Shown here in pieces: positions 19,536 to 28,679 of a stretch of DNA of 64,000 bases. Position numbers and translations under genes: made by a program. A model generated the notes under the pieces. It had not been told where the DNA came from. It saw nothing but the letters and a program-made list of their open reading frames with translations, and ran no database searches. Numbering within the stretch: the stretch's first letter is position 1; each line of letters opens with the position of its first letter. The DNA is from Calditrichales bacterium (GTDB taxonomy: Bacteria; Calditrichota; Calditrichia; Calditrichales; J004): the NCBI GenBank assembly GCA_965267575.1, contig OZ254086.1:3648001-3712000 (forward strand). Reading direction: 5' to 3'.

Positions 19536-20850
19536 TCTGCAGCAACGCTTCGCCTTTTTGTCGTCGATGGTCGGCAAGGTGCACCCCTGGATCGCTGACG
19601 GGCGCGTAACCAAGGTGAGCGGCCTGGTTATTGAAGCGACCGCTTTGCACGGCACGGTAGGAGATATCTGTGATATCTACATGCCCAACCAAAAATCCAT
19701 ACGCGCCGAGATCGTCGGCTTTCGTAACAAACACATTTTATTAATGCCGTTGGGTGAAACTGTCGGCGTGGCGCCCGGCTCACGGGTACGTTTAAATCCC
19801 AAGCCGCTGCGTGTCCCCGTGGGCAATCACCTGTTAGGCCGCATTCTCGATGGTCTGGGTAAACCGATCGACGGCAAGGGCCCGATTTACGCCCGGACGC
19901 AGCGCAGCGTATACAATACGCCGCCGAACCCGCTGGTGCGTGACCGAATTACCCAGCGCCTGGAAACAGGCATACGCGCGATTGACGGGCTGCTAACTCT
20001 GGGAAAAGGGCAGCGCGCGGGTATCTTCGCCGGGTCCGGTGTGGGCAAGAGCGTTTTGCTGGGCATGATGAGCCGCTATACCGACGCCGATGTAAACGTT
20101 ATCGCGCTGATTGGCGAGCGGGGTCGTGAAGTGCGTGAATTTATCGAGCGCGACCTTGGTCCGGAAGGGCTGGAACGGTCGGTTGTAGTAGTAGCCACAT
20201 CAGACCAGCCGGCGACAGTAAGGATTAAGTGCAGCCTTGTCGCTACAACAATCGCAGAATATTTCCGCGACCAGGGCTTAAATGTACTGCTGATGATGGA
20301 CTCTTTAACACGAGTGGCCATGGCGCAACGAGAAATTGGCCTGGCGATTGGCGAGCCGCCGGCTTCCAAAGGCTATACGCCGTCGGTTTTTGCGCAAATG
20401 CCGCGCCTTCTGGAGCGTGCAGGAAACAGTGACAAGGGCAGTATTACGGGCCTGTACACGGTGCTGGTGGACGGTGATGACATGGATGAGCCTATTGCCG
20501 ACGCCGCCCGTTCGATTCTGGACGGACACATTGTCCTGTCCCGGCGGATTGCCACGAAAGGGCATTACCCGGCCATTGATGTGCTGGAAAGCGTGAGCCG
20601 CGTAAAAAATGATATCATCCCTGACAGCCAGAAGGCTCAATCGCAGCGTGTGCTTGCGCAAATGGCAACATATCGCGAAGCAGAAGACCTGATCAACATC
20701 GGTGCATACAGCAAGGGGTCCAGTACCGAAATAGATAAGGCAATCGCCAACATTAAAAATATCAACAACTTTCTGCGCCAGGACCTGAATGAGAAGACAG
20801 AATATCTGCAGGTGCTTGAAAACCTGGAACAGGTGAACAGGGGCGCTTAG
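19528..20850 (+). CDS. fliI: Flagellum-specific ATPase FliI
   Basis: GIFAGSGVGKS, LIGERGREVREF, MDSLTRVAMAQRE and RSILDGHIVLSR. Confidence 0.97.
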   Translation: MSNLQQRFAFLSSMVGKVHPWIADGRVTKVSGLVIEATALHGTVGDICDIYMPNQKSIRAEIVGFRNKHILLMPLGETVGVAPGSRVRLNPKPLRVPVGNHLLGRILDGLGKPIDGKGPIYARTQRSVYNTPPNPLVRDRITQRLETGIRAIDGLLTLGKGQRAGIFAGSGVGKSVLLGMMSRYTDADVNVIALIGERGREVREFIERDLGPEGLERSVVVVATSDQPATVRIKCSLVATTIAEYFRDQGLNVLLMMDSLTRVAMAQREIGLAIGEPPASKGYTPSVFAQMPRLLERAGNSDKGSITGLYTVLVDGDDMDEPIADAARSILDGHIVLSRRIATKGHYPAIDVLESVSRVKNDIIPDSQKAQSQRVLAQMATYREAEDLINIGAYSKGSSTEIDKAIANIKNINNFLRQDLNEKTEYLQVLENLEQVNRGA

Positions 20851-20851
20851 C

Positions 20852-21295
20852 ATGGCAAAATTTTCCTTCCCGCTGCAAAGGGTTCTGGACGTTCGGAAAC
20901 ACCTGGAAAATCAGAAAGCGCAGGAATTAAGCATCGCCCGCAACAAGATGCACCATGAGCAGCAGCAGATGAACGAGATGAAAGAAAAGAAACAGGGACA
21001 GATGGTCACGCCGGAAAAAGGGACCGTAAATATGAGCGAAGTTTTTGCACGCATGGCCTATGTGGGACAAATAAACAAACAGATTTCAGAGCAGCAAAAA
21101 AAGATGAATGCAACCCAAAGGGAAATCGAAAAAAAGCGGGCCATATTGAACGAAGCTGTAAAAGAGCGCAAGGCCGTGGAGATCCTGAAGGATAAACACC
21201 GCCTCGAATTTAAAAAACAGGAAAACCGCGAGTACGCCAAGCGCGAAAACGAGGTGGCCCTGCGCATGAAAACCTATAAGCAGGATGAAGCATGA
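20852..21295 (+). CDS. fliJ: Flagellar export chaperone FliJ
   Basis: MAKFSFPLQRVLDVR N-terminus; coiled coil; follows fliI. Confidence 0.9.
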   Translation: MAKFSFPLQRVLDVRKHLENQKAQELSIARNKMHHEQQQMNEMKEKKQGQMVTPEKGTVNMSEVFARMAYVGQINKQISEQQKKMNATQREIEKKRAILNEAVKERKAVEILKDKHRLEFKKQENREYAKRENEVALRMKTYKQDEA

Positions 21296-21810
21296 AGATC
21301 GTTATCTACTTCTTTGCCGGCTTGATGCTGCTGATAGGTGTGACTTACGGTACGTTGCGCTACCTGCGCGTTCAGCAGGAAAAGGTGCTGGAAGAGGTTA
21401 CGGCGGCAGACAGCCTGGGCAATACAAAACCGCTTTCGGAGAAAGACAGCCTGCGCCTGGCCCTGAACGAATATGAAGAGATGCTGACCGGCAAGCAAAG
21501 CAAAATGGACAGCCTTCTGGATGTACTGGGCAGCAAGGATAAACAACTCTCCAGTAAGGAAGAAGCTCTGGAAAAACTGGAAAATATGCGCGAAGAACAA
21601 AACCGCAAGATAGATAAAGCCAAAGAGATGGCCAAGACATTTGAAAAGATGGCTGTAAAAGAAATCGCGCCGATTTTGCGCAACCTGGAAGACGATATTG
21701 TGATGCTGATCTATGAGACAACGAGCAATCGCAACAAGAAAAACATTTTGCTGGCCGTTGGCGAAAAGCGCGCGGCGGCGATGACACGTCAATTCATAAA
21801 CGAGAACTAA
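21292..21810 (+). CDS. MotE/YlxF-like flagellar protein (N-terminal TM, coiled coil, MgtE_N-like tail)
   Basis: AKTFEKMAVKEIAPIL motif; usual position between fliJ and fliK. Confidence 0.7.
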   Translation: MKIVIYFFAGLMLLIGVTYGTLRYLRVQQEKVLEEVTAADSLGNTKPLSEKDSLRLALNEYEEMLTGKQSKMDSLLDVLGSKDKQLSSKEEALEKLENMREEQNRKIDKAKEMAKTFEKMAVKEIAPILRNLEDDIVMLIYETTSNRNKKNILLAVGEKRAAAMTRQFINEN

Positions 21811-21813
21811 GCT

Positions 21814-24603
21814 ATGATAAACAAGGACGCGGGTATTCAGATAGGGAAGCTGCTGGGAATGAACATAAAGCTTAAGGGCGCCAAACAACACGCGTCGGCG
21901 GGCTCCTTTTTCGGCTTTCTTTTAAAAAACCTGGGACCGAAAAGCGATTTGGGCGGATGGGCCAAAACAGCTGCCAAAATCCAGCCAACCGCCGGGAGCA
22001 GTGCTGCCAACCCCAAGGGCAATCCTGCGAAAGCGCAATCAACAATACAAATGGGCGGTGCAACGCTGGAACTGGAACAGCAGGAGACACTGCAGTTTGC
22101 GCCTGCAAAAGAGCTGGCCGCTTTTCGGGCAGAAATCCGCAAAGTATCCGGGCAGGCCGGTTTAAAACCCCTGGCCGATGAAATCTCGCAACTGCCGGAT
22201 GACAAGCTTGCCATGGTATGGCTTTCCATGAAGGCGATACAAAGTGTGGTACAGGCTTATTCGGAAGCCGGACAATCCGCAGACGCAGAGCATACGATTG
22301 TACAATTTGTTGCGAAAAACGGGCAGATTGAACAGCTGGCTATCGCCGAAAACGGTGAAGGCAAGATATCAATTAAAGGTAGTGCGGAACTGACAAGTCT
22401 TTTGGGCAAGGCACTGCCCCTTTTCAAAAAGATAGACAACTCGTTGGCAAAAGCAGAAATCAGTCTGACCGGGCAGGCGGTGGTTGATACCGCGCAAACT
22501 GCGGCCGGGGAAAAAGCAGTATCGCTGGAAACTAAAAGTGAGAACGGCGGGGCCATAGCAGGGAAAACTACTGTATCTTCACAGCCGGAAAGCGCGCAGG
22601 CGGCAAAGGCCGCTAAAGCGGACGTCTCAAAATTCAACCGAGCAGGGAAACAAAACGAAGTGTTTGTTCAGGGACAAAAAAACGCCAATCATGCTGGCGG
22701 GTCAGATCTGTCATCCCAGGTTAAAAATGGTGCGCCTGAAGTTTCTGTTGATGGCGTTAAGGAAAAAGTTTTATCAAAGCAGGCTGCAACAAATGGGGGT
22801 GCTGACGCCAAAAATAACACCGTTAAGGGACATGCGGTAGAAACTGTTGCCACGGAAACAAAATTGCAAGTGAAAGAAGGCAGCGAGGCCGTTCTTAAAG
22901 CGTTGCAGGAAAACAGTCCTCAGCTGGCAAGATCGCTGGAGGCTTTGACAAAAGAGCCTGGCGATGCTTTGCAAAAAATCAGCAAGGAAGTTTTTTCTTC
23001 TGAAAAAAACGGGGTAACGGTTTCGCTGGAAAAGGGCAGGTTTATCATAAAGACCGGTCAGCCGCTGACAAAAAGCACCGTTTCCAAAATCGCCGGCGAA
23101 ATAGCAGCTAATCTGCCTGAAGACATGGCACCCGTTAAAATTGAAACGCGCCAGGAAATGGCGATTCAAAACGGGATAAAAAATGGCATAGAGGCAGCAT
23201 CAAAGAATCAAAACACGGCTGAATTTTACAAGGTTGCTGAAAATGTTATCGCACAGGAGCGGCCTGCTTTGCTGACGGCTTTGAAAACTTTTACAGCAGA
23301 CCCGGATAAAAACAGCCCTAAGCTGTTATGGCAATCTAAAAATAAAGCGTTTTCGCTTGTTGCGGATAAGGGCAATCTAATTGTACACGGTAAAGAGCCA
23401 TTGGCTGATCCAAATATTCAAAAGATTGCCGGACTTATTCGCAATCTGGCCCCGGCCGCACTTAAAGAGAAGAGCATGGAAGTTCGGTCCGATTTCAGCC
23501 AGGCCTTAGCCATAAAGGAAACGGTGGCGGGCAGCGCGTCCCGGCAGAATCCTTCTGTTACAGCGGAGCAGCCGGCTGCGAGTGAGGTAATTAAACAAGC
23601 ACCCGCGAGAGAGGCGGCGCTTCGCACTGAAACGATCGCCCAACAGCCACAGCACGAGAGGGTGCCTGTAACTCCAGAACGTACCCGAATTCCGTTAAAG
23701 CAGAAGGTGCATATACTTAGTTTTGATATTGAGACACCTGCGGTTGAAAAGATTAAACCACAGGTAACAGAAAAATCCGCCTCATTGCCGGCGGCCGGGG
23801 AAAAAGCGGCAGCTGCAAAGAGTACCGAAAATAATATAATGGTGCGTTTAAACAGTGAACGCATTGTGATTACGCGTCCCGCCGAAAGCCCGTCCGCTGT
23901 ACCCAATACTGCATCAGCGCAAAAGGAAAGCGTATCGGTTGAAAACGGCGGTAAACTCAATTCACAGGTCGCGGCAAGTAACACGGATAAGCCGCTGCAG
24001 AACGAGGAACAGGGCAAACAATTTATGAATCAAAACAGCAGCGATGAAAAAGGCAATCGGGCATTTTCTGATAATGCCGCCCCTGAAAAGCGGATTGCCG
24101 GGAAAACGATTAAAGAAGTGTTTACGCTTAATCAGACGCAAGCACAACCGGCTGTAAAAGAAGGACTTCCTCTGGGCAGGATGCAAATGGCCCAGACTGT
24201 TCAAAAGCTGGTTGAAGTGATCGAAACATACAACGCGCAGCGCCGCAACCTGGTGCAGGAAGCGCGCCTCCACGTTGAAACAGATACGCTTGGCGATATG
24301 GAAGTGCGTGTGCGCAACGGGCGTCAGGCTACGCTGGTAATGCTCGTTGAAAACGACGCCGCGAAGCAGGAAGTGGCGCGCATGCTGCCGCAGCTTAGTG
24401 AAAGCCTGGCGGGCAAGGGGCTGACATTCTCATCCATCCAGGTGGACGTGGGTCAATCTCAGGAACGCGACAAAAACAAAGCAAGCGGGCGTTCCACAGG
24501 AAAAAACAGGGTTGAACAAACAGAGGAGGAAGGACATGACGTGAAGCAGCAACAGCCGGGGCAAAAACGCTACGGCTATAATACAATGGAAGTAATCGCA
24601 TAA
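21814..24603 (+). CDS. fliK: Flagellar hook-length control protein FliK (929 aa)
   Basis: Long A/S/K/Q-rich region; C-terminal T3S4-like domain (ARLHVETDTLGDMEVRV...LPQLSESLAGKGL); directly before flgD. Confidence 0.8.
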   Translation: MINKDAGIQIGKLLGMNIKLKGAKQHASAGSFFGFLLKNLGPKSDLGGWAKTAAKIQPTAGSSAANPKGNPAKAQSTIQMGGATLELEQQETLQFAPAKELAAFRAEIRKVSGQAGLKPLADEISQLPDDKLAMVWLSMKAIQSVVQAYSEAGQSADAEHTIVQFVAKNGQIEQLAIAENGEGKISIKGSAELTSLLGKALPLFKKIDNSLAKAEISLTGQAVVDTAQTAAGEKAVSLETKSENGGAIAGKTTVSSQPESAQAAKAAKADVSKFNRAGKQNEVFVQGQKNANHAGGSDLSSQVKNGAPEVSVDGVKEKVLSKQAATNGGADAKNNTVKGHAVETVATETKLQVKEGSEAVLKALQENSPQLARSLEALTKEPGDALQKISKEVFSSEKNGVTVSLEKGRFIIKTGQPLTKSTVSKIAGEIAANLPEDMAPVKIETRQEMAIQNGIKNGIEAASKNQNTAEFYKVAENVIAQERPALLTALKTFTADPDKNSPKLLWQSKNKAFSLVADKGNLIVHGKEPLADPNIQKIAGLIRNLAPAALKEKSMEVRSDFSQALAIKETVAGSASRQNPSVTAEQPAASEVIKQAPAREAALRTETIAQQPQHERVPVTPERTRIPLKQKVHILSFDIETPAVEKIKPQVTEKSASLPAAGEKAAAAKSTENNIMVRLNSERIVITRPAESPSAVPNTASAQKESVSVENGGKLNSQVAASNTDKPLQNEEQGKQFMNQNSSDEKGNRAFSDNAAPEKRIAGKTIKEVFTLNQTQAQPAVKEGLPLGRMQMAQTVQKLVEVIETYNAQRRNLVQEARLHVETDTLGDMEVRVRNGRQATLVMLVENDAAKQEVARMLPQLSESLAGKGLTFSSIQVDVGQSQERDKNKASGRSTGKNRVEQTEEEGHDVKQQQPGQKRYGYNTMEVIA

Positions 24604-24616
24604 CGGAGTAAGAGCT

Positions 24617-25321
24617 ATGATTACACCTCTCAATGAGATCATGAACGCAGGCCCGACTACTTTTGGGCAAAAGACATCCGCCGGTGATGAGCTGGGCAAA
24701 CAGGAGTTTTTAACGCTTCTGGTGGCGCAACTCAAAAACCAGGATCCTCTTTCGCCGCTGGAGAGTCAGGAGTTTGCGGCGCAGTTGGCTCAGTTCAGTT
24801 CCGTTGAGCAGCTTACCAGCATTGATACCAACATAAAGGACGGTATCGACACCGACATGGTGTTAAGCCAGACGATCAATAATACGCTGGCAACGGCACT
24901 GATCGGCAAAGAGGTAACTGCCCAGGGCAACCGCATTGAGTTCAACGGTGAAGATCCGGTTAAGCTTTATTACATGCTTCCGGACTACGCCGATTCGGTC
25001 ACCATCGATGTGCTGGATGGAGCGGGTAATGTCGTAAGGACACTTTCCGCGGGCAGCGTTTCCGATGGCATCCGTTCGCTAGAATGGGACGGTAAAGACA
25101 AAAACGGCAATATGCTGCCTGAAGGCGGCTACAGCTTCGAGGTATCTGCCGTGGACAGAGACGGCCAGGCGCTCGATGTAATACCGCTGATCAAAGGTTT
25201 GGCCCGTTCACTGCAGTATAACGCAGGCGGCGCCGTGCTGATGGTTGGCAACACACGCGTCAGTTTTGGCGATGTACTTGAAATTAGTGCCGGATTAGGA
25301 GATAACGATGAAGGCCGCTGA
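24617..25321 (+). CDS. flgD: Flagellar hook capping protein FlgD
   Basis: FLTLLVAQLKNQDPLSP and WDGKDKNG (FlgD Ig domain). Confidence 0.96.
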   Translation: MITPLNEIMNAGPTTFGQKTSAGDELGKQEFLTLLVAQLKNQDPLSPLESQEFAAQLAQFSSVEQLTSIDTNIKDGIDTDMVLSQTINNTLATALIGKEVTAQGNRIEFNGEDPVKLYYMLPDYADSVTIDVLDGAGNVVRTLSAGSVSDGIRSLEWDGKDKNGNMLPEGGYSFEVSAVDRDGQALDVIPLIKGLARSLQYNAGGAVLMVGNTRVSFGDVLEISAGLGDNDEGR

Positions 25322-25715
25322 TTTACAAATGCGCGCTAACCTTAACCCGCTGCAGCCGGGAAAGGTTAATCCGGGCGGGCAGGGCACCAAAACACCGGCA
25401 GCGGGACAACCCGGGCAGGTTAATTTTGGCGATGTGCTCAACCAAAACCTGGAAAAAACCGACACGGTTAAGTTTTCCGCCCACGCGGTTAAAAGGCTGG
25501 AAGAACGCTCGGTACATATCGGCGCCAATGAAATGGAACGGATAAACAACGGCGTGAAGCAGCTGGATGCCAAAGGCGGGAAAAATTCCCTGGTAATGTT
25601 GAACGACACGGCCTTCGTGGTCAGCGTTCGCAACCGGGTGGTGATAACCGCAGTGGATAAGAGCAGCGCACAAAACAATGTTTTCACGAATATCGACAGT
25701 GTCGCTTTCGTGTAA
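25308..25715 (+). CDS. Flagellar operon protein (TIGR02530 / Flagellar_put-like)
   Basis: KFSAHAVKRLEER and VVITAVD...NVFTNIDSV; located between flgD and flgE. Confidence 0.85.
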   Translation: MKAADLQMRANLNPLQPGKVNPGGQGTKTPAAGQPGQVNFGDVLNQNLEKTDTVKFSAHAVKRLEERSVHIGANEMERINNGVKQLDAKGGKNSLVMLNDTAFVVSVRNRVVITAVDKSSAQNNVFTNIDSVAFV

Positions 25716-25741
25716 GCACAATTAACTAAACATGTTTAATT

Positions 25742-25816
25742 GGGCCGGACCTGATAAACCGGAACAGGAGTTCCGCTGGGAGGCCCCCGGTTTTGCCGAA
25801 CGACAGAGGCAAAGCC
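25742..25816 (+). ncRNA. Candidate structured cis-regulatory RNA in the flgE leader
   Basis: GGGCC-GGA-CC...GG-GA-GGCCC stem enclosing a CGGAAC(AGGA)GTTCCG hairpin, then a GGTTTTGCC(GAACGACAGA)GGCAAAGCC hairpin just before the AAGGAGG RBS. Confidence 0.55.
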
Positions 25817-25831
25817 AACAAGGAGGGAATT

Positions 25832-27826
25832 ATGTTAAAGTCTTTATTCTCAGGTGTAAGTGGTTTACGTAACCATCAGATGAAGATCGATGTTTTGGGT
25901 AATAATATCGCCAACGTAAACACGATCGGGTTTAAAGGAGGACGTATCATGTTCTCCGAAGCTTTAAATCAATCCATCAAGTCCGCCAACTCCGGTGTTA
26001 ATCCGATGCAGGTTGGTCTGGGCATGAACACATCATCCATAGAAAACATCTGGAGCCAGGGCGGTCTTGAAACGACCGGCGTGGCAACAGACCTGGCCAT
26101 TGAAGGTCGTGGTTTCTTTGTTGTTAAGAACGGCGATGCCCGCATGTTTACACGTGCCGGTAACTTCTTCTTTAACTCCAATGGCAAGCTGGTTAACCAC
26201 AAAGGCTTTGCCGTACAGGGCTGGACGCTTGATCCGAACAGTACGCAGCAGACTTTTGGTGGTCTGGGCCTTGGCAATACGGGTGATATCACAATTGACA
26301 CGAGCTATACCGCACCTGCAGTCTCTACGGAAAACGTTTGGTTGAGCGGTAATATAAACGCCGGTAACCGCACGGTTGCAGAAGTGTGGCAGTCGCCGGA
26401 GTCTTTTATCAATAAAGCGATCGTTACAGGTTCTGGTGCGCCTCCTGCGTTTCCGCTGACCATTAACGCCGGCGTAAACGACCAGTTTACGGTGACCATC
26501 CAGGATAACGCTACATCGCAGATACAGGCGGACCTTACATTAACGGCCGGCGCCTATGCGGATATGGACGCGCTGGTTGCCGAGCTCAACAGCCAGATTG
26601 CAGCGACATCCAATATCAGTACCAGGCTGGAAGCTGTTAACAATGGCGGAACGCTTGAATTCCATCAGGCAAACGGAAACGTAAACACAAGCATTACGAT
26701 GACTGAAGGCAACGGTGGTTTGGCTGCCCTGGGCTTTAACACAGGCGATACGGCTACCGCAGCACAGGCAGACGCGACCACGGAGCTTAACAACCTGCTT
26801 AATGTAACAAACGGACTGCAAGGTCTCGTTGCCGGAGATACCATTGAAATCAGCGGTACTAATCCCGATGGTTCGATTGTCACTTCGGTGTTTACGTACG
26901 GTACAGGCGTCGGTCAGGATGGTACCACTCTTGGTGATCTGGCTACGGTTCTGGAAAGCAGCTACAGCGGCGTAACCGTGTCCATAGACAGCGGTAACCT
27001 TGTTGTAACCGATAACGTGGCCGGTGAAAGCAGCACCACGATCAACCTGACCAACAGCACAACCAATACGGGTACGGTAACCTTCCCCGGCTTTACCAAC
27101 ACGGTACCGGGCCATACGGGCACGGCAACCACATCCGTAATCGTCTATGACTCGCTTGGCGGCAGCCATAACCTGGTTGTAGAATTCACAAATACCGGTA
27201 ACGCCAACGAGTGGATCTGGGCCGCCAGCACGACCAGCGGCGCAACCATCGCCAGTGGCGGAAGTGGACGCGTAACATTTGACGACAGCGGCCATATGAC
27301 TGCTTTTAGTTATAACGGTGGAGTAAGTCAGCTGACACTGAACCCCGGAAACGGCGCGGAGCAGCTTAATCTGCTTCTGCACGGCGAAGGAAGCGAAGAG
27401 TTCAGCGGTCTTACGCAATTCGACGCCGTATCCACACTGAGTGTACGCGACCAGGACGGCCGTGCTACCGGCACACTGACGGGTATCTCCATTGACCGTG
27501 ACGGTTTGATCACCGGTTCTTTCTCCAACGGTGAAGTAACGGCGATGGCAAAAGTGGCCCTGGCGCAATTCGCCAACGAGCTGGGACTCAGTGACGCGGG
27601 CGACGGTCTTTACGGAGCCAGTGCTACCTCCGGCGATCCGCAGATACTGAAGCCGGAAGATGATTTCAGCTCTTCCGTTGTTTCCGGCGCTCTGGAAATG
27701 TCTAACGTGGACCTGGCGAAAGAATTCACCGAAATGATTACGGCACAGCGTGGATTTCAGGCCAATGCCAAGGTGATTACTACAGCCGACACGATACTTG
27801 ACGAATTAATCAGACTGAAGAGGTAA
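25832..27826 (+). CDS. flgE: Flagellar hook protein FlgE (664 aa, with inserted outer domains)
   Basis: MLKSLFSGVSGL..HQ..IDVLGNNIANVNT, TRAGNF and LEMSNVDLAKEFTEMITAQRGFQAN; ATG at 25832 follows AAGGAGG. Confidence 0.96.
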   Translation: MLKSLFSGVSGLRNHQMKIDVLGNNIANVNTIGFKGGRIMFSEALNQSIKSANSGVNPMQVGLGMNTSSIENIWSQGGLETTGVATDLAIEGRGFFVVKNGDARMFTRAGNFFFNSNGKLVNHKGFAVQGWTLDPNSTQQTFGGLGLGNTGDITIDTSYTAPAVSTENVWLSGNINAGNRTVAEVWQSPESFINKAIVTGSGAPPAFPLTINAGVNDQFTVTIQDNATSQIQADLTLTAGAYADMDALVAELNSQIAATSNISTRLEAVNNGGTLEFHQANGNVNTSITMTEGNGGLAALGFNTGDTATAAQADATTELNNLLNVTNGLQGLVAGDTIEISGTNPDGSIVTSVFTYGTGVGQDGTTLGDLATVLESSYSGVTVSIDSGNLVVTDNVAGESSTTINLTNSTTNTGTVTFPGFTNTVPGHTGTATTSVIVYDSLGGSHNLVVEFTNTGNANEWIWAASTTSGATIASGGSGRVTFDDSGHMTAFSYNGGVSQLTLNPGNGAEQLNLLLHGEGSEEFSGLTQFDAVSTLSVRDQDGRATGTLTGISIDRDGLITGSFSNGEVTAMAKVALAQFANELGLSDAGDGLYGASATSGDPQILKPEDDFSSSVVSGALEMSNVDLAKEFTEMITAQRGFQANAKVITTADTILDELIRLKR

Positions 27827-27836
27827 TAAATAACCC

Positions 27837-27868
27837 AGACCGGAGCGCCTAGGCGCTCCGGTCTTTAT
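27837..27868 (+). terminator. Intrinsic terminator-like hairpin after flgE
   Basis: Perfect 28-bp palindrome AGACCGGAGCGCCT/AGGCGCTCCGGTCT, 10 nt after the flgE stop, followed by TTAT. Confidence 0.7.
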
Positions 27869-27894
27869 AATGTTAAAGCGGAGTATTTGAAGAC

Positions 27895-28674
27895 GTGGAA
27901 CTGGGAACAATAATCGGGTTAATAAGTGGCGTGATTCTCATATTTACCACCATTTTTTTGGGCGGTGAAATCTCGTCGTTTATAAATATACCCTCGTTTC
28001 TGGTTGTAATTGGTGGTGCTGTTGCGGCAACTTTTGTGGCCTTTACATTCAGCGAAGTGTTAGGCGTTGTCAATGTTGTAAAAAATGCTTTTTTCGGCCC
28101 CAAGCTAGATTATATACAGGTAATTGAAACGGTAGTGGAGCTGGCCAAAAAAGCCCGCCGCGAAGGACTTCTGGCCGTTGATAAAGAAGTAAATAAAATC
28201 GATAACGAATATTTGCGCAATGGAATGGAAATGGTGGTGGACGGTACGGAGCCGGAACTTATACGCAAGGTAATGGAAACTGAATTGAGCTATTTACAGG
28301 ACAGGCACCTTAAAGGGCAGCAGCTTTTTAACACACTGGGTATGTACGCCCCGGCTTTTGGTATGATCGGTACGCTGATCGGTTTGATCGCCATGCTGCA
28401 AAACCTGGATAATCCGGCGGCCATCGGCCCGGGTATGGCCGTTGCGCTTATTACCACCTTTTACGGCGCTTTGGCGGCAAACCTGGTATTTCTGCCGCTG
28501 GCCACAAAACTGCAAATTCAGTCCAACAACGAAGTTCTGGAAAAAGAAATGATCATTGAAGGTGTTCTGGCGATTCAGTTCGGCGAACATCCTAACACGA
28601 TCAGCCGCAAACTGCTCAACTTCCTGCCGCCCAAGATGCGCGATCAGTTTAACGGAAACGAACCTCCCAAGTAG
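27895..28674 (+). CDS. motA: Flagellar stator protein MotA/PomA
   Basis: ARREGLL, YAPAFGMIGTLIGLI and MAVALITTFYG; GTG start. Confidence 0.95.
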   Translation: MELGTIIGLISGVILIFTTIFLGGEISSFINIPSFLVVIGGAVAATFVAFTFSEVLGVVNVVKNAFFGPKLDYIQVIETVVELAKKARREGLLAVDKEVNKIDNEYLRNGMEMVVDGTEPELIRKVMETELSYLQDRHLKGQQLFNTLGMYAPAFGMIGTLIGLIAMLQNLDNPAAIGPGMAVALITTFYGALAANLVFLPLATKLQIQSNNEVLEKEMIIEGVLAIQFGEHPNTISRKLLNFLPPKMRDQFNGNEPPK

Positions 28675-28679
28675 ATATC

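Noticed and set aside
19528..20850. ATP synthase beta subunit or injectisome ATPase
   Set aside because: The fliH-fliI-fliJ context with hook, ring and stator genes identifies flagellar FliI.
25742..25816. c-di-GMP-I riboswitch call for the flgE leader (contains GCAAAGCC)
   Set aside because: The word lies in the 3' arm of the final hairpin, and the GGCAAA...GNRA/receptor architecture is missing. Kept as an unassigned RNA candidate.
25793..25831. TTG-initiated N-terminal extension of FlgE from the ORF track
   Set aside because: A strong AAGGAGG precedes the ATG at 25832, where the typical FlgE N-terminus begins. Similar over-extended starts were trimmed for cheZ, DUF342, the 13538 regulator, fliL, flgA, flgH and flgN.
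26540..27568. 342-aa minus-strand ORF, and other long antisense ORFs such as 18924-19655, 36534-37450, 37603-38331 and 52232-53035
   Set aside because: They lie antisense to well-conserved genes, have no recognisable motifs and are expected shadow ORFs.
27837..27864. Palindrome as a mobile-element end or REP repeat
   Set aside because: Only one copy was seen, there is no transposase nearby, and its position fits a terminator or stabiliser.
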